Source of the DNA: the human T2T-CHM13v2.0 reference genome, Homo sapiens
Length of the DNA stretch: 64,000 bases
Reading direction: 5' to 3' (one strand)
Assembly: GCF_009914755.1 (NCBI RefSeq)
Contig: NC_060926.1
The position numbers were made by a program, and so were the translations under genes. A model generated the notes under the pieces. That model did no database searches and was not told where the DNA came from. It saw only the letters and a list, made by a program, of their open reading frames with translations. Below are positions 17,757 through 32,945 of the stretch, in pieces. Positions within the stretch are counted from its first letter, which is position 1. Every line of letters starts with the position of its first letter.

Positions 17757-18408
17757 CTACAAAAGGAAAAAAAAATTAATTAGTTCACCAAGAAATAAAC
17801 TGTTGACTGAAGGTATAGGGTGTGGTATCTATTTAATGCAGACTAAATACTAATTTGGACATACCTTGGCAACTTTCATCTTCCACATAGTGGGGTCATC
17901 TTATATTGCCAGTCTCATCTCATACTATTGCTTTTTTTTAACCAATGAAACCAGAATACTTGCCCATATTTATCAACACGTGTCAATATCTCCAGTTAGA
18001 TATTTTATACCATGGACCCCTTTTCAACTTGTGCATATACCACTGATAATTCAGGATTGAGTTCAATGCCAGATCCTTCATGGATGTGTGCTTAAAATTA
18101 TTGATTAGAAATAATGTTTCTCTCTTGAGTTTATGTAATATCTTAGTTATGCATTCTGGAAGCATTCACCATGTAATAGCGTTCACTGATTAGATATCTT
18201 ATCTCCCTTTCCAGATCGTATACGTTTTTTTATCAGCTGGGATGAAACATTGTTCTCTTAACATGTCTAACGCTGTCTGGTCAGATATACTTTAGCCAAA
18301 ATATGTTGGATAAATAATTATTCCAGGGAAAATTTTTATCCAAACTGCTGGACTTAAGATTTAGAATATAGTCCTCGTCATTCAGAGAGATGGTACAGCT
18401 TCCTGATA

Positions 18409-18593
18409 CAGGCTGAGCATCCCTAATCTAAAAATCTGAAATCTAAAACGCTTTGAATGCTAACATGACACTCAAAAGAAATGCCCATTGGAGCATTTTG
18501 GATTTTGGATTTTTCGATTAGAGATGCTCAACTGACATAGAACGAATATTCCAAAATCCAAAACACTTCTGGTTTTTGATAAGACTTAACTTG
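18409..18593 (+). mobile_element. Tigger4/MER46-like mariner-class DNA transposon relic
   Basis: ta|caggctgagcatccctaatc...aacttg|ta with TA duplication. Confidence 0.7.
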
Positions 18594-19561
18594 TATTTAT
18601 ACTAAATTTTACTTAAATATATGAAAGATCAAAGAAGACATGTCCTTTTTTGGGGGAGGAAGTTTATTTGCTTTAATTTTCTTTCAATATAATAACATGT
18701 CTTCATGTATAAATCCAAAGATATAGCTACCATTACCATCACCTCTTTATGTGTGAGGAAGTTAGAGCGCCACCCCCACCCACAACAACAAAAGGATGCA
18801 CAGCTAATAAGAGTAGAATTGGCGATTTGAACCCAAATAATCTGACGTCAAAAGCATATCTTAACCTTTTGCATCCATTAAAAATGTTTCTTCTTCATCT
18901 GAATCATAGGGCACTGAAAATGATTTGAATGACCATCTTCTCAGTTCTTTCAAAGATGGTACATAACTAGTGCTTTCCTTAATTCATAAGAGAGAAATTA
19001 ATTCATTATATCCACAATGGCTTAAGAGCATTAGGGCTTAATTTCCTATGAAAAAAGGCTGTTGAAAATGGATTTAAGTGAATCCTCCCAACAATCTTGT
19101 GAAATATGATGAAATCAATAATGTGCCCAAGAACACAGGATATAAAGAGTGATACCAAAACCAGAACCTAGGCTTTAACAACATATGAAGCCACTGTCCT
19201 CTCATTGTTTAATTTAGCATACATTTTAAGAATTGAACAGAATAATACATGACTTGACTGCTAAACTTGATTAGTGGCAGGATAATTGATTGAGCTATTC
19301 ATTTCTGTCTTAGGTTTGCTGTTATAGAAGACTGGAAAGATTGGAAAGGTTATTAGAGAACACACAGGCTTCTATGTTCTATGCTCCTTTTCCTCAGGAG
19401 GAATTAACAGCTTCTTTATGTTTCTAGAGTTACTATCTGAAGATTTTTCTCAACCTCCCAACAAAATCCTTTATTTGAGACATGGGATTTTAAAGGGACG
19501 TGGCTGCAAATTTCTCAAGACCTTGAAGTAAGGAAGCTTATGCTTTGAAAAGAAAAGTAAA

Positions 19562-19869
19562 ACTGGGTGTGATGGCCTATGCCTGTAATACCAGTGCTTT
19601 GGGAGGCTGAGGTGGGAGGATCACTTAAGGCCATGAGTTCAAGACCAGCCTGCGCAATAGAGTGAGACCTTATCTCAACAAAAAAATTTAAAAAATGATT
19701 AGCCAGGGATGGTGGCTCGCACTTGTAGCCTTAGCTATTTGGGAGGCTTAGGCAGGATGATTGCTTAAGCCCAGGAGTTCCAGGTTACAGTGGCTATGAT
19801 CACACCATTGCACTCCAGCCTGGGCTATAGAGTGAGAGCCTCTTTTCTCTTTAAAAAAAAAAAGAAAAT
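19562..19869 (+). mobile_element. Alu (AluJ-like)
   Basis: Two arms, A-rich linker and tail. Confidence 0.9.
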
Positions 19870-21149
19870 AGTAAGGTAATATCCAGAACAGTGGGTTCAG
19901 GAAAGATAGGAAGTCATGAGTTTAAAGGTTGAAAGGCACCACCTGCATCTAACCACCCTACATGGCATGGAATTGTGTGTTGTTAGAGAAGCTGGGCTTA
20001 ATGAAGCTACACTTATTTTAATGGACCTCATGGCCCAGAGGACATAGTGCCAGAGTTGCAGCCACAATATGTGAGGATCAGAGGAAATTAGCACCACATT
20101 TCTAGGCTACATATGTCCTAGAATTTCTAGAAGTTCCCAAGGAGAGATCATAAAAAACTACCTGACACTGGATTTTCTGACAAATCTGTGCTGGGATCTG
20201 TTGCGTATTTGACTTATATAGGAAAATAAAGGGAATTTAAAATATTTTTAGGACTTTGAGAATACTCACTGCAGATTGGTTTAATCAAATAACTTAAAAT
20301 GATTTTTCCACGCAAATTACGATAAGATTATCACAATCTGATCAATCACATACATAAATATTTTTTTCTGGTTTGCATGACTTAAGCTACAATGTCATTT
20401 TGTATAAGGCAAAACCTTATTTTAGTGGTTTAACTGATGTGAAAAAATATGGTTTAAAAGCTATTTTGAAATGAGATCTTTCAAATCTCTATTATAAGTG
20501 GAGATAGCTCCTTGCAAGAATTTTAAAGATTTGCAACATACATAAAGTTTGAAGATAATGACTACATTGGTAGGGTGCTTTACAATTCACAGTGACCTCT
20601 TTCACTCATTATCTTTGTGTCTCAGAATAGTGAAATGACCACTCCAAGGAAAGATGGCCACAGGTAAACATATAACTAGAATTTAGGTCATCTGTTTTTA
20701 TGTCTAATGTGTTTTTCACCTTAGCAAATTTGTCCCCAACCTTTCAATACATAGTGTTTTAATATTATCTCTTTTGTGCTAAACACAAAAGGCACTCTTG
20801 CCAATGTGTGCAAAGTATGAGATACCCATTTCCAAAAACTAAATTTTTAATATGAATTTATATGACCCTAGGTACCATATCACACTACACAGTAAATAAA
20901 TGGAAATGTCTGTGATAGAGGTGTCAGGGGTTGGTTCAGTTGTCATCCACACCTTTCCACATTCTTATGGCAGCTGAGACTGAGAAAGAAAAGAATAATG
21001 CAGGATGGAGTTGATGGTTCCAAAGAAGATTCTGGAAATCCTGTGATTGGTTAAGGAACCAAACAACAGGAATTTTTTTTCCTTGAAAATGGCTAAAGAC
21101 AATGTTTAAAGTTCAACATGAACAAATAAAAGATAAAAACTCTATATCA

Positions 21150-22130
21150 CCTCCATACATTCTGATGATATATTTCAATCTAAAAGCTTGTATAATTTTT
21201 GATGATGAGATCCATAAGCATTCTCATTAAAATCAGAATAAAAGAGTATGCCCATCAACAACATTATTATTTAACACTTTCTGGAAAAAGAAGAGTTATA
21301 AGAATTAGAGAAGTGGGAGAAATCATTGTTTGCAGATATATTGTTGTTATCTTAAAAAATCCCATAAGAGAATCAAGTGAAAAACTATTATAAACAATAA
21401 TCTAATTATTTTAGGCGGTTGATAAATACATTTTTCATCTTAACTTTTAAAAAAGTTTGTGTAGGAGTCTTTTTGAATTACAAAAACTTTAAAAATATAA
21501 TTCAGAAAAAGTAAAAGTATAATAATAATTTAAAATTTTGTGAAGAAGAAAAGCAGAGAGGACAAATTTCACCAGATATTGATTATAAATATACAGTAAT
21601 TAAAGCTGTTATATTAGCAGACAAAGAATGAATGAAATAAAATAAAGCTCAAATTAGCATGTGGATACTGAGATTTAGCACATGGATAAGGAGATAATTT
21701 TAAATGAGAGGAGAAATAGAACAACTGATTATTCATTAAATGAGAAGCCAGATAGAAAAAAATAATACTAGAGCCTTACCTCACACCTTACACCAAATTA
21801 AATTTCAGGTTGGTCAAAAATTGAAACATAAAATATAAACTAATGGACAAAGAAACAAACAAAATTCTCCAACTAAAAAACTGAAAAAAAAAAGCCCGGA
21901 ATATTTTTAATAGTCTTGAAATGGGTCTTCATAAACATGAGAAAACCAAGAAGAAAAAAAATTCTGATAAATTTGACTAAATCAATATGAAAAATTTATA
22001 CATGACAAAAGAATTCAAGAGACAAAAGCTCAAATTAGAAAAATATTCATACCACATGTGACAAAATACTAAATTTCCTTAATATAAAAAGAGCTCCTAC
22101 AACTCATCCAGTAAAAGCTCATTAACCAAA
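21150..22130 (+). mobile_element. Ancient L1M ORF2-region fragments
   Basis: A-rich; degraded L1 motifs (tgtttgcagatatattgtt, ccttacctcacaccttacacc, aaagagctcctacaa). Confidence 0.6.
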
Positions 22131-23048
22131 TAGTAAAACACACAGATTCTTTCTAAACTTTTACTATATCTGTTTGAACAACATATTTATTTATACCCCC
22201 TACTGAAGTTCAACTAGAAGAAAAGCAAAGGAATACAGACAAAGATAATAGGAGAAGATACAACAAGAAGAGTTTTAAAACATTCTGGACTGTGGAAAGC
22301 ACAGGAATAATTACTTTCTCATCAGAGAAAGAGCAGCAGAAACCCAGGTGCCTGCAAAAGCAACTCAAATTGTTTCAAAAAATGATCAGAAGGCTCTGGA
22401 ACTGGAGGCATTTGGTTGCTCAAAAACAGAGGGGCAATTGATGGAGCTGAAAACAGAACTGATTAAAATTTTGTATACAGGAAAGCTAGACACTCTTGAG
22501 TCCCTTCACCCAACGCTCTCCAACCCTTCAGAGAGCAGAATAAAATACAACTTCACAACTTCTGGAGTAAAATCTGTACTTGCTACAGACATCAGAACAT
22601 CTAAACAGTTATCTACATTGTTGTTGGGTTTCCCTGCAACACCACAGATGTCTCTTCCAGTATATCCTGAAGTTGAGTTTTTCCCATTAATAGTACTGAG
22701 GGGCTTAAATAGCACATGGTATTTAAGCTCAGTATTTCTTAGGACAAGGGCACCCGGAATTTCAGATTGCTAGCTGCACACCTTCCTGCTTCCACCACAG
22801 AGGAGCCCTATTTCCTATCTGCTGAGTAGTTCCTAGAAAAGGGCTCAGGTAGTGGTGAGGGGCAGGTACAAAGCTGCCATGGGAATGGTAGCAGAGAGCT
22901 CTAGTGAAGATGGGAGGTTGGGGATATTTGTGACAGAGGGATTTGGCCAGCTGGGGTGGGTAAGGTGTACAGCAGGAATAGAGCGCAGGCTTCCAGAGGC
23001 TGTGGGAAGTGCAGTCTCTATGCAATCTCAGTCAGAAATGGAAGTCCA

Positions 23049-23210
23049 GACTGGGAGTGGTGGCTCATGCATGTAATCCCAGCACTTTGGGAGACTGAAG
23101 CAGGAGGGTTGCTTGAGCCTAGGAGTTTGAGGTTACAGCGAGCTATGATTGCACCACTGCACTCCATCCTGGGTGACAGAGAGAGACTTTGTCTCCTAAA
23201 GAAAAAAAAA
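23049..23210 (+). mobile_element. Alu monomer (FAM/FRAM-like)
   Basis: Single ~160-bp arm with A tail. Confidence 0.8.
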
Positions 23211-25039
23211 GGATAATTTATTTTTATGTAAGGGGAGTTTGTAAGTTTGTAACTCAAGGGCCGCCTCTTTGCTTTCTCTTCTACTTTTATCTTTATGGTT
23301 TATTTATTGGTCTTTAACTTTATACATGATTAGAAAATTCACAATGCTCACATGCTATATAAAAGCAAATACCGTGGTCATTGTGGTATTGTTTATAATA
23401 GCAGGAAGCAGACGATCTAAGCGTTCATCCCTGGGAAAAGGATGAGTAAAATCTGGTGCACTCATCACTGGTGACTACAATATGGTACAGAGAAGCCATG
23501 AGTTTCACAGGAATTTCACTTAAACATTCCAAACACTATGTGCAGTGGGGGAGGGGTCTTTAAAATGAAGACTTTGAATCAGGTGATCTCTCTAAGTTTA
23601 TTTCTTTGTCTGGAATTCTTAATTTGGCAATTTAAAGATGATTAAATCAAAATAACACTATATGTTCTTTATGTTGAAAAAGAACAAATCAAAGTATCTT
23701 TGTTAATAGATGCATCATCTTCAAGCACACTCCTAGAAAAAATTTTAAAGTGCAATTTTGATTCATTGTGAGCATAATTACTTCTGTTTATGAAGTGTGT
23801 AATTATGACTGTATCTTCAGGTGTAATTATTTCTTTTTGGAAAGATATGAATTGTTTTTGACATTTTACATAATGAATGTATGTTATATGTTACTTAACT
23901 AGATAACTACTCTGTGCCTCAATTTTCCCATCTACACACTAGGAAAGTAACAGTAGATGCTGCATAAGTTGTTGTGAAGATTAAACAAATTAAGCATTGA
24001 AGACAAAGGACAATTTATAGCTCAGTTAAGGTTGGTTGTTATTAGTATTACAAATGATAACGCTTGTTTGCCTTTACTGTCACCATTTAGAATGCTGGCT
24101 GATGAATTGCATCCCACGGGGAGGCCTTTAAGAAGAAAAAGAGTGATGTAGGTCTTCCGAAAACATTTATTTGCAGAGGTTGTGACTGGAGGCAGGAACA
24201 TTTAGTAAGCTATTGCTTGGTCCAGTTGATTGCAGTGGTGTTGATGTGCTGAAGAGGAGGGGCGAGACTGTCCACTCATTTATTAGTCAATAAAATGGAG
24301 AAGAACTTGCTGATTGATTGGTTGTGAGGGGTGAAAGGCAGAAAGGCTGAAGATGACATCTGGCCTGGATTTATACAAACATTACCATCAGACTAAGTAG
24401 GGAATTTGGAAGAAATGCATGACTTAGAGGGGAAACATGATGAACATGTGCAGATAACAGGTGTATTAACATGTATTATCTAGGAAGCAGTTAGAAGTAT
24501 GGGTTGGAGTTTAACAAAAGACCAGAATTAGAGATTAAAAGTCTCTATTAAAAGCCATACTCTTTCAAAGAATGGGCTATAGAAATTTATAGCTACATTA
24601 GTAGGATTATCTTTTTAAACCTTGCCTGTGAGAAATTTTTCTTATTAATTAATTAATAATGCTAAAGGAGAATTAAATTCTTCCAAGAAATGGACAAAAT
24701 GAATCATTTCTATCAGAAGACATTTATAGAAAAAGTCAAATCACATACTAGACTGTTTACACGGAAATATATCTAGAGAGAGAGATCAGAAATTAATATG
24801 AAATGACAATAATTTATAATTATTTAGTTCCTTTACCCCAAAGCTCTTTTAATTTATTCTAATTCTCTGCACAAGGGTGCTAGATAAAATTCAAGGCAGG
24901 TGTCTGCATATTAGCAAGGCACCATCTCATTGCTTTCATTCACCACCACTTATACGCAATCACCTTCGGTGTCATGTGGGAACTCTTTGACTAGTTCAGC
25001 ACAATATGCCAAATAGATCTGTGCCCTATTGTAAAATAT

Positions 25040-25480
25040 GGATCAAAGAACCCAGTGTTGGGTAAAGGTAGCTCTACCACCTACTAGCTGTATGACATTT
25101 CTAAACCTGTGAAATAGAGATAACATCTGTAGCAAAATAGAAATAATAATACAAAAAATCAAAAGCTTGTTAAAAAGATTAATAAATACTTTGTAAGTAA
25201 AAGAGACATTTATAATGAGGTTTGTAATGTAGGGGTTAGAAACACAGTCATTAGAGCCAGACAACTTGGGTACCAAATCCAGCTTGGCCACTTATTAGTT
25301 CCGTTAACATGGGAAAGTAACTTAACCTCTCTTTGTCTTAGCTTCCCTACCTGCAAATTGAGAATAGTTGTTTCTAACTCATAGAATTTTGAAGATTAGA
25401 TGAGTTAACACATGTGAAGTGCTTTTGGTGGCACCTGTACACAGTGTGCATTAAATCAGGGTAGTAATTTTCACTATTAT
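25040..25480 (+). mobile_element. Two tandem MIR elements
   Basis: Core aagtaacttaacctctct...cttccctacctgcaaattgagaata. Confidence 0.65.
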
Positions 25481-26249
25481 TATGTAAGGCTCTTAATTAG
25501 TGCCATTCCCACAATAAGTGCTTACAAAGTACTAGGCATAATATCTTTCTACTACTATTACTACTAATAACAATCTAGCTCCATTATTGAGGTTGCCAAT
25601 ATGTCAATAATAAATGTCAAGAACTAAGGCAGGAAATACTAGATCCTAGGGGTTGCTGGCAAATGGAAATACATATTAGGATCAGAAAGTGTCCCTATGG
25701 TGGTTTTGTTCACCTCAACAGAGCAGCTTATGGGATTCTAAGGAGCATGTGATTAAGCAGGAAAAGCATTCCAAAGCCATAATATCAAGCATCTCCTTTT
25801 AACCTGTGCTGTTAGTGAAAATTACCTGTGAGCAATAAATACTTCATGATGGTTGAATCTTTTACTAGAGTTTGTTTTTCACACATTAGCATGTTAGGAT
25901 GTTTTAGAATCAAACGAAGTTTTTATGAGAGATGCTCAGATGCATTTTCTCAGAGATGACTGCAAAAATTGATAAGGACCTCAAGAAATCTGATGTTTTC
26001 AATACGTTTTAAATAAATATTAATTAAATTATGTATTTACTTCATTGTGTGGTCAATAGCAGCATCTATAGTATAGTTTGTGTAGTTATAGGATGGTATA
26101 GTAAGGTATATTTTGTTTTTTAAAATGAACATAGTATCTTTTTGACCTTCACCTGAGAAGAAAAGAATTGTACAGAATCTGAAAAAGTGCTCCTTCTAGT
26201 GCAGTATTCTGGAAGGCAGAGGCATGAGTTAAGTTGCCCTTGATTCCAT

Positions 26250-27655
26250 CCTGAAGTATCATACTTGCTGTCTCCATTTCTTCATCTTCATTATTTTCTG
26301 TCATCCACAACACCAATGACCTTCATTTTGCCAAATCCAAATGTCAATTTTATATACCAATATTGCTTGATTTTTGACTTTTTTTCACTGTAGCCTTTGA
26401 TAAAATTGATCACCTCTCCTTTGGAAAAACCCAACTATCTTCTCTGGGTTTCTATGACACCATGCATATTTTGTTTTCCTTTTAATTACTACTTCTCAGT
26501 CTAATTTACTGGCTGGTTCTCCTTTGCCCAACTTCTAAATGTTATAGTGTCCCCAGAGTTTGGTTCTGGGTTGCCTTGTTTATTTGCAGTCTCTGCCTAG
26601 GTGAGCTAAAACAGGTTTGTAGCTTCAAATGCCATATACATCTCGATGAACCTTAAATTTATATACATAAGATTCTGGATTCTCTCCTGAGCTCTAGATC
26701 TATATAAAGTTCAGTACCTTGTTTTGAATGTCTAATAAACATCTCAAATGAATATATATCAAATGAATACATCTCTCTCCCACCCATCATCTACCTACCC
26801 TGCCAAATCTTTTTCTGATATTCCCCATCCCAGTTAATGGTTCTATCCTCTACCCATTTGTTCACGGTGAAAGAAAATCCATTTGTTGAATCCTCTCTTT
26901 TCTTCACTCCACATATCAAGCCTATCAGTAAGTCTCATCACCTTGGTCTAAAATCTCCACTTTCTTGCATTATTAAAACAACCTCCTAATTGATCTTTCT
27001 GCTTTTACTCTTTGCCTCCCCCTCTCCATAGCCAGATATGATCATTTTGTAACAGTAGGTCAGATCCCTGCTTATCCTGCTGCTGGGGCTTCTCATGGTC
27101 ATTATAACTAATATATGATAGATTACATAATGTTAACATATATGATGTATAGTAAATTACAATAAAATACGAACTTCTTGCCATGGCCACTGTGTACTTT
27201 TTGAGTTCGGTTTCTACCACTCTCACTCATGTTTCATCACATACAAGTACGCCAGTTTCTTTCTATCTCTTTTATCTCCTTGGCTCATTCCCACTTCAAG
27301 CGCTTCTGCTTCTTCTCCTCTCTTCTCCCAGGTCTTCAAATGACTGGCACCCTCCCCCATGCACTCCCTTAGACACCCTCCTGGACACTAGCTGACACAC
27401 TGCTCCTGCCCTCCCTCCGCTTCCCCAAACACGCAGTAATTTACCAGCCTAGTACTCTGTTTTATTTCATAGCAGTGATCTGCCTTTATCTTATCTTTAG
27501 ATTTTACTTGTTTACACGTTTCCTGTCTGTTCCTCTCCTCCAATAGAGTGTAAGCTTAACAAGGCTAGGTCTGTTTTGTTCATTTCTCCTTTGTCTTGAA
27601 TGGCATATGATCCTTTATAAGGTACTCAAAAATATTTATTGAATAAATGAATGAA
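26250..27655 (+). mobile_element. L2 (LINE2) 3' portion
   Basis: Pyrimidine-rich L2-like body ending ctcaaaaatatttattgaataaatgaatgaa. Confidence 0.7.
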
Positions 27656-28368
27656 TTTTAGGAAATTACAAAGATATGTCACTATAAATCTAATTTTACT
27701 TTTAGACAGAGAATTGAAGAGGTTACATTTTTTACACAGACCTATTTCTCAAGTATGTGAATGTAGTTTTCGAAAGATACATTTGAAAGGAAGTTTATTT
27801 GGTGTTCTGTTTATTTTCTTGCTTCATTGATTGCTTCCTTTCTTTACCTTTCTGTGACTTTAATTTTGTTACAGTGATATACCCTATGAACTTTAAACTC
27901 TTTAAGTCCATTTTATTTGTACTTTCAAACACTGTTTTAACCTTATATTTACTTTAGCTTAGTGAATCCCCAGTACTCTGAGGACAAGCTGTTATCTGAG
28001 GTTGCATTAATTCATGTATTTAACCCCTGCTTTGGGAAAATTAAGAAAATAGACCCATTTAAGATACAGTAACTTGCCCAAAGGAGGAGGCTTTCAGTAC
28101 CCAGTTCCAATCTGCTAATTTTGACTCACTAAAAGCAAAGTAATTTTGGGGCACCATTCGTTTGTCATTCATTGAAACATTACTCAATAGATGTCTAAAT
28201 GTCTGTGTTAGGTGTACAAGGATAAAAACATGATGGAAAACCTCCAACCTCAAGAGATTTTTACATGATAATCATGTTTTCTATATAAGGGGAGTACATA
28301 GAAATACTCGAAGTACAATGCAGTAGTTCAGTAACTGTAAGTCAGAATTTTCTAGAAAACTTCTATCA

Positions 28369-28680
<312 letters not shown>

Positions 28681-28814
28681 GATCATAATCTTCATACATG
28701 ATAAAAATCTTTTTGAACCAGAAAGGATCATTGAATGTATTTAGTGTTCCATCTTTGACAGAGAAGGTGGAGATTTTAAATGCTAAATCTCAAAGCCAGT
28801 CTGATGCCAGTCTG

Positions 28815-28816
<2 letters not shown>

Positions 28817-28859
<43 letters not shown>
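28817..28859 (+). repeat. (AC)n microsatellite
   Basis: About 21 perfect units, preceded by an 11-bp tandem duplication gccagtctgat. Confidence 0.95.
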
Positions 28860-28860
<1 letters not shown>

Positions 28861-29984
28861 TTACCTATTACAACTAATATATTTATAATGGATCAGTTAG
28901 GCAGAAAATCTATGAGGGAAAGGAGCACTGAATTGAGAATTAGTAAATTTGGACACGTATCAACTTTATTATTAAGAAGCTGTGTTATCTCCAAAAAATA
29001 TTTAAACTGAGGCTTTAGTTTTCTCATGTCTTGAATAAACCCTAGATATTCCTTAAGGTCCACTCTAGCTGCGGAATGTGAAAATACTAAGTTTCCATTT
29101 GTGCATAGCTTTTCAGAGTTATGTTGAAATTCATCTCTATTATTAATGAAAGGCCAGCCAAGGAAATTGAAAGTCATTTCTGGTCTATTAAAAGTGACTT
29201 GACAGCAGATTTCTTATCAACTTAAAGGGTTAAACACATTTTGGTTATATAATTGTGAATATGTGTTTGTGGGAGGAAGAAGAGTAGAATCTGGATAGAC
29301 CCAGACTCGTCAAAAATGAGAAAAAGAACGAGGCACACATATGGCAATCATTGATTCATATTGACAAGTGTTAGAGCTAAAAATAAGGAGCTTTGTGATT
29401 GCTAGGAAATGGCTAGAGATAGTATTTGAAGCACCTTGTTTTGTTAGGAGGCTGTGAAGCCTTGTGCAACGGAATATCACAGACTACAAGGAATCAGAGG
29501 ACTGTCATGTTGTCCCAGTGCCTCTCCGTCACTTGCAATAAAAAAACAGGCTGCAAGTCAGATAGATTCCATAATTGGCAATGTTCCTATGACTACTCAC
29601 CCCAGGGTAATCAGATTCAGAACAGACCTACACCTAACTCTTTGCATGGTAAATACCTGATTAGCTATTGGGATCTAACTACTGATTTAAAAATGGAAAT
29701 GCATTTTGTTGTGTCTGTGGGTATGTGGCTGTGGCTGAATGAAGTCAGTACATGGGTTAATTTCACAGTATTTAGTCACACGTACTCTAGGAAGGGATTA
29801 AAGTGCAGTTTACACACTTTCTGACCTTCAGTCATTTTTTATTTTGCTTCTTGGAGATGTTTGTTTGTTTTTTTAAACTGAACTGTTAATAAGCTAAGTG
29901 CTTACATCTGTCAATTAACATATTACTTATCTATTACTTACCTTGAGGCACTTAACTTTCAGAAAAATAAAAGCTGTCTATCTA

Positions 29985-30386
<402 letters not shown>

Positions 30387-31101
30387 CTATGAATCAAAAA
30401 TATTTTATTTTACTTAAATGGCTTGCTTCTTCTAAATATTTGAAAAAATTGCTTAGTATAATAGTGAGTACAAAACAATAATTTGATTATTGATATTTTA
30501 CATAAACATTGAACATCAGACAAAATCTAAAGACTAAACTAAGTGTGAAAATGCTGGCAGGGAAACGTCATGCCTTTAGTGATTTAGAATGTGCTTTCTT
30601 TCCTACTTCTCACCCCTAAGTCTCTATCTCAATTACTGTTACAAAGACATGCTTTTAATGAAGTAATATGAACTCAGAAATAACTAGAAGTTCTGTTAAT
30701 GAGGGACAGAATTGGCCTATTCAAACATTACTTTCTACAATTTCCTGAATGATCTGGCTTATTTTGAGAGAATAAGTTGATTATACATGAAAAAAAAACC
30801 TAAAATACACTTTTAGTCCATAAATGTTAATACAATTATTAGGGAGAACTGGATAGTATTTGACAGGGAAAGTAACGTGGTTACAGAATGTCTCTGCAAA
30901 TGGTTGTCTCAGTGAGGAAAACATCTGTTAGATAAACACCAGATGAGAAATTCCATCTGGCTGTTTCATGGTGCTGATTTGTTCAGAACTGAATTTTGCA
31001 TCGTTAAACCTTGGGTGCCAAGCTCTGCAAGACACAGATATGCCTTTTCTTTTGATTCTGAAGCTCAGTGTTTGCATCTGGTAATTTTGGAGAATAAACT
31101 A

Positions 31102-31305
<204 letters not shown>

Positions 31306-32384
31306 TCAAATATAGTTAATTAAAAAATATATTTTAATCTTAAATAGGAAAAAATAAACTTTCTTGCCCCTTCCCCACTCCACTTCCAGGTAATCATTTC
31401 ATAGGGTAACCATCTCCTTCATTTCCTAGTTATCGTCAGCATCCCTCCTGTATAATGAATTATTCTCAGACTTATATACTCAGCCAGCTACTTAGAATTC
31501 AAGGAAATATTTTATCTAGATTTGCTTAAGTAACAATGGTTTCATTCTTCACCACCAGTCAGGATTATTTTGCCTCAAGGCCATTGATGAAAATAGTCCA
31601 GGTGCATCTCTCAGGTTTGAGGCAAAAACTACATGTTCGATTTGTTTATTCATATTTTGATGTGATCCTGGGTTTTTAATTCTTTTCATGCACACATGCA
31701 CAGAAAATCTCGCTGTCTTCCCAGGCATCAGCCACTGTCAATTTTCCGAAGCTAATTTATTTTTCAGCCTCAGTGCTTCTCTTAGTCACACCTATGACTC
31801 AGCTCGTCAGTCAGTATCTCTTTCCCTTTGTCCTCCCCCTCCTAGCTTTCGCATTATTTCTAACTCCCATCCACTCTTCTGCTGTAAGTCTCTGAGCTAC
31901 TACTCATCTGATTAAGTCCAGTCACATTGAATAATAGATATTCATTGATTTGTGTTCAAGACATTGTGCTGCTTTCTGTGAGAACAGCTATTGCTTTCCC
32001 TGCCAAAGCTTCACAATACAGTTACATCTCAAAACAGCTCTAGCCAAAGCACATTAACCACATTGGAACTGTAAGGGAGGGAATGTAATTACTGTAGCAT
32101 CTATAAATCAAATCACACCATTGCCAAGGAGTTCTGAAGGGATTACAATATCAATGACATGACATTCTAGAATGCCATTTATCTCATAGGGTCAGCTTCC
32201 TCACATTATGGAGAATGAGAAAACAAAAAGACCTATCAGATCATTTTAACTGTCCAGGAATAGTCACTGCCATAAGTATAATCCAGAAATCTAGAGAGAT
32301 TAACTTTTTAAAAGACAAAAAAGGAAAATAAAGATAAACATGCCTTCACTATTTATTTTAAATATTTTTCTTATTTAATTTAAT

Positions 32385-32693
32385 TTATGTATTTATTTTG
32401 AGACAGGGTCTTGCTCTATTGCCCAGGCTGAAGTGCAGTGGCATAATCATGGCTCACTGTAGCCTCGACTCCCTGCAAAAGCTCTAAGATACAGCTGTGG
32501 CTGAGGTAGCAGCGACTACAGGCATGTACCACCATGTTGAGCTAATTTATTTTTTCTTTCTTTATTTTTTTTTTTGTAGAGGCAAAGCCTTACTACATTT
32601 CCCAGGGTGGTCTCAAACTCCTGGGGTCAAGCAATCCTCCTACCGTAGCCTCCCAAAATTTTGGGGTTACAGGCATAAGCCACCACACCTCGT
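32385..32693 (-). mobile_element. Alu (AluJ-like) with an anomalous internal segment
   Basis: Both arms recognisable; ~32470-32506 departs from the Alu consensus. Confidence 0.85.
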
Positions 32694-32765
32694 TTCATAA
32701 ATTTTTTTTTTTAAATGAGGCATATTCAGTCTCCGTAAAGAACAAGGGGAGATTGTATTTAATCA

Positions 32766-32945
<180 letters not shown>

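Noticed and set aside
22348-22773. 141-aa ORF as a novel gene
   Set aside because: GTG start, no recognisable domain, and it lies among degraded repeats.
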